Assembly (NCBI GenBank): GCA_035285545.1
Contig: JAYKGY010000049.1
Span: forward strand, 1-14,462
Length of the DNA stretch: 14,462 nucleotides
DNA from: Snowella sp.
GTDB taxonomy: Bacteria; Cyanobacteriota; Cyanobacteriia; Cyanobacteriales; Microcystaceae
Direction of reading: 5' to 3'
The position numbers and the translations under genes are program-made. Each line of letters starts with the position of its first letter. The first letter of the stretch is position 1. A model generated the notes under the pieces. It ran no database searches. It was given only the letters and a program-made list of their open reading frames with translations, and was not told the origin of the DNA. Shown here piece by piece: positions 14,307-14,462 of this stretch.

Positions 14307-14462
14307 TCAATGGAGTCGCATCAAATATTCTTCGGCTTTGAGTTTCAGTTTATCGCCTTCCAAAATCAGGGAATCAATATAGTCTTTGAGTTCTAAATAG
14401 GGTTGACGTTCATCTTTTTTATTTCGCTCTATCATACGTCGGGTTTCGGCTCGGACTCTTCC
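14307..14462 (-). CDS. 3' end of an unidentified protein (partial, continues beyond the window)
   Basis: The frame is open from the window edge: GRVRAETRRMIERNKKDERQPYLELKDYIDSLILEGDKLKLKAEEYLMRLH*. It is protein-like and absent from the ORF track. Confidence 0.7.
   Translation of the reverse strand, partial: GRVRAETRRMIERNKKDERQPYLELKDYIDSLILEGDKLKLKAEEYLMRLH

Noticed and set aside
14205..14396. 63-aa plus-strand ORF
   Set aside because: It is antisense to the partial minus-strand CDS, overlaps the candidate hpxO promoter, and has no recognisable motif.
1..14462. tRNA, rRNA or IS elements
   Set aside because: No cloverleaf, rRNA-like sequence, transposase ORF or terminal inverted repeats were seen, and all intergenic gaps are short.

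Overview
This is a cyanobacterial chromosomal segment: I counted 20 HIP1 GCGATCGC octamers by eye, and the gene content is typical of unicellular cyanobacteria. Gene order is Uma2 endonuclease (+), MdlA-like ABC exporter half (-), an AT-rich PIN toxin/antitoxin pair (-), crtD (+), a TRAFAC-like GTPase-TM-TPR protein (-) set head-to-head with a divergent Amt1-type ammonium transporter (+), a DUF3352-like protein (+), a coiled-coil PD-(D/E)XK (DUF3782-like) protein (+), a small membrane zinc-ribbon protein (-), accA (-), a CymR-like Rrf2 regulator (-), hpxO urate hydroxylase (-), and the 3' end of an unidentified gene (-). Most of this is ordinary housekeeping. The best candidate for an undescribed system is the divergent pair of a membrane-anchored GTPase-TPR protein and an Amt paralogue with altered gate and ammonium-recruitment residues. 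The second candidate is the long structured leader and palindromic operator upstream of hpxO. Both are hypotheses. All family assignments come from motif recognition by eye; no database search was run.
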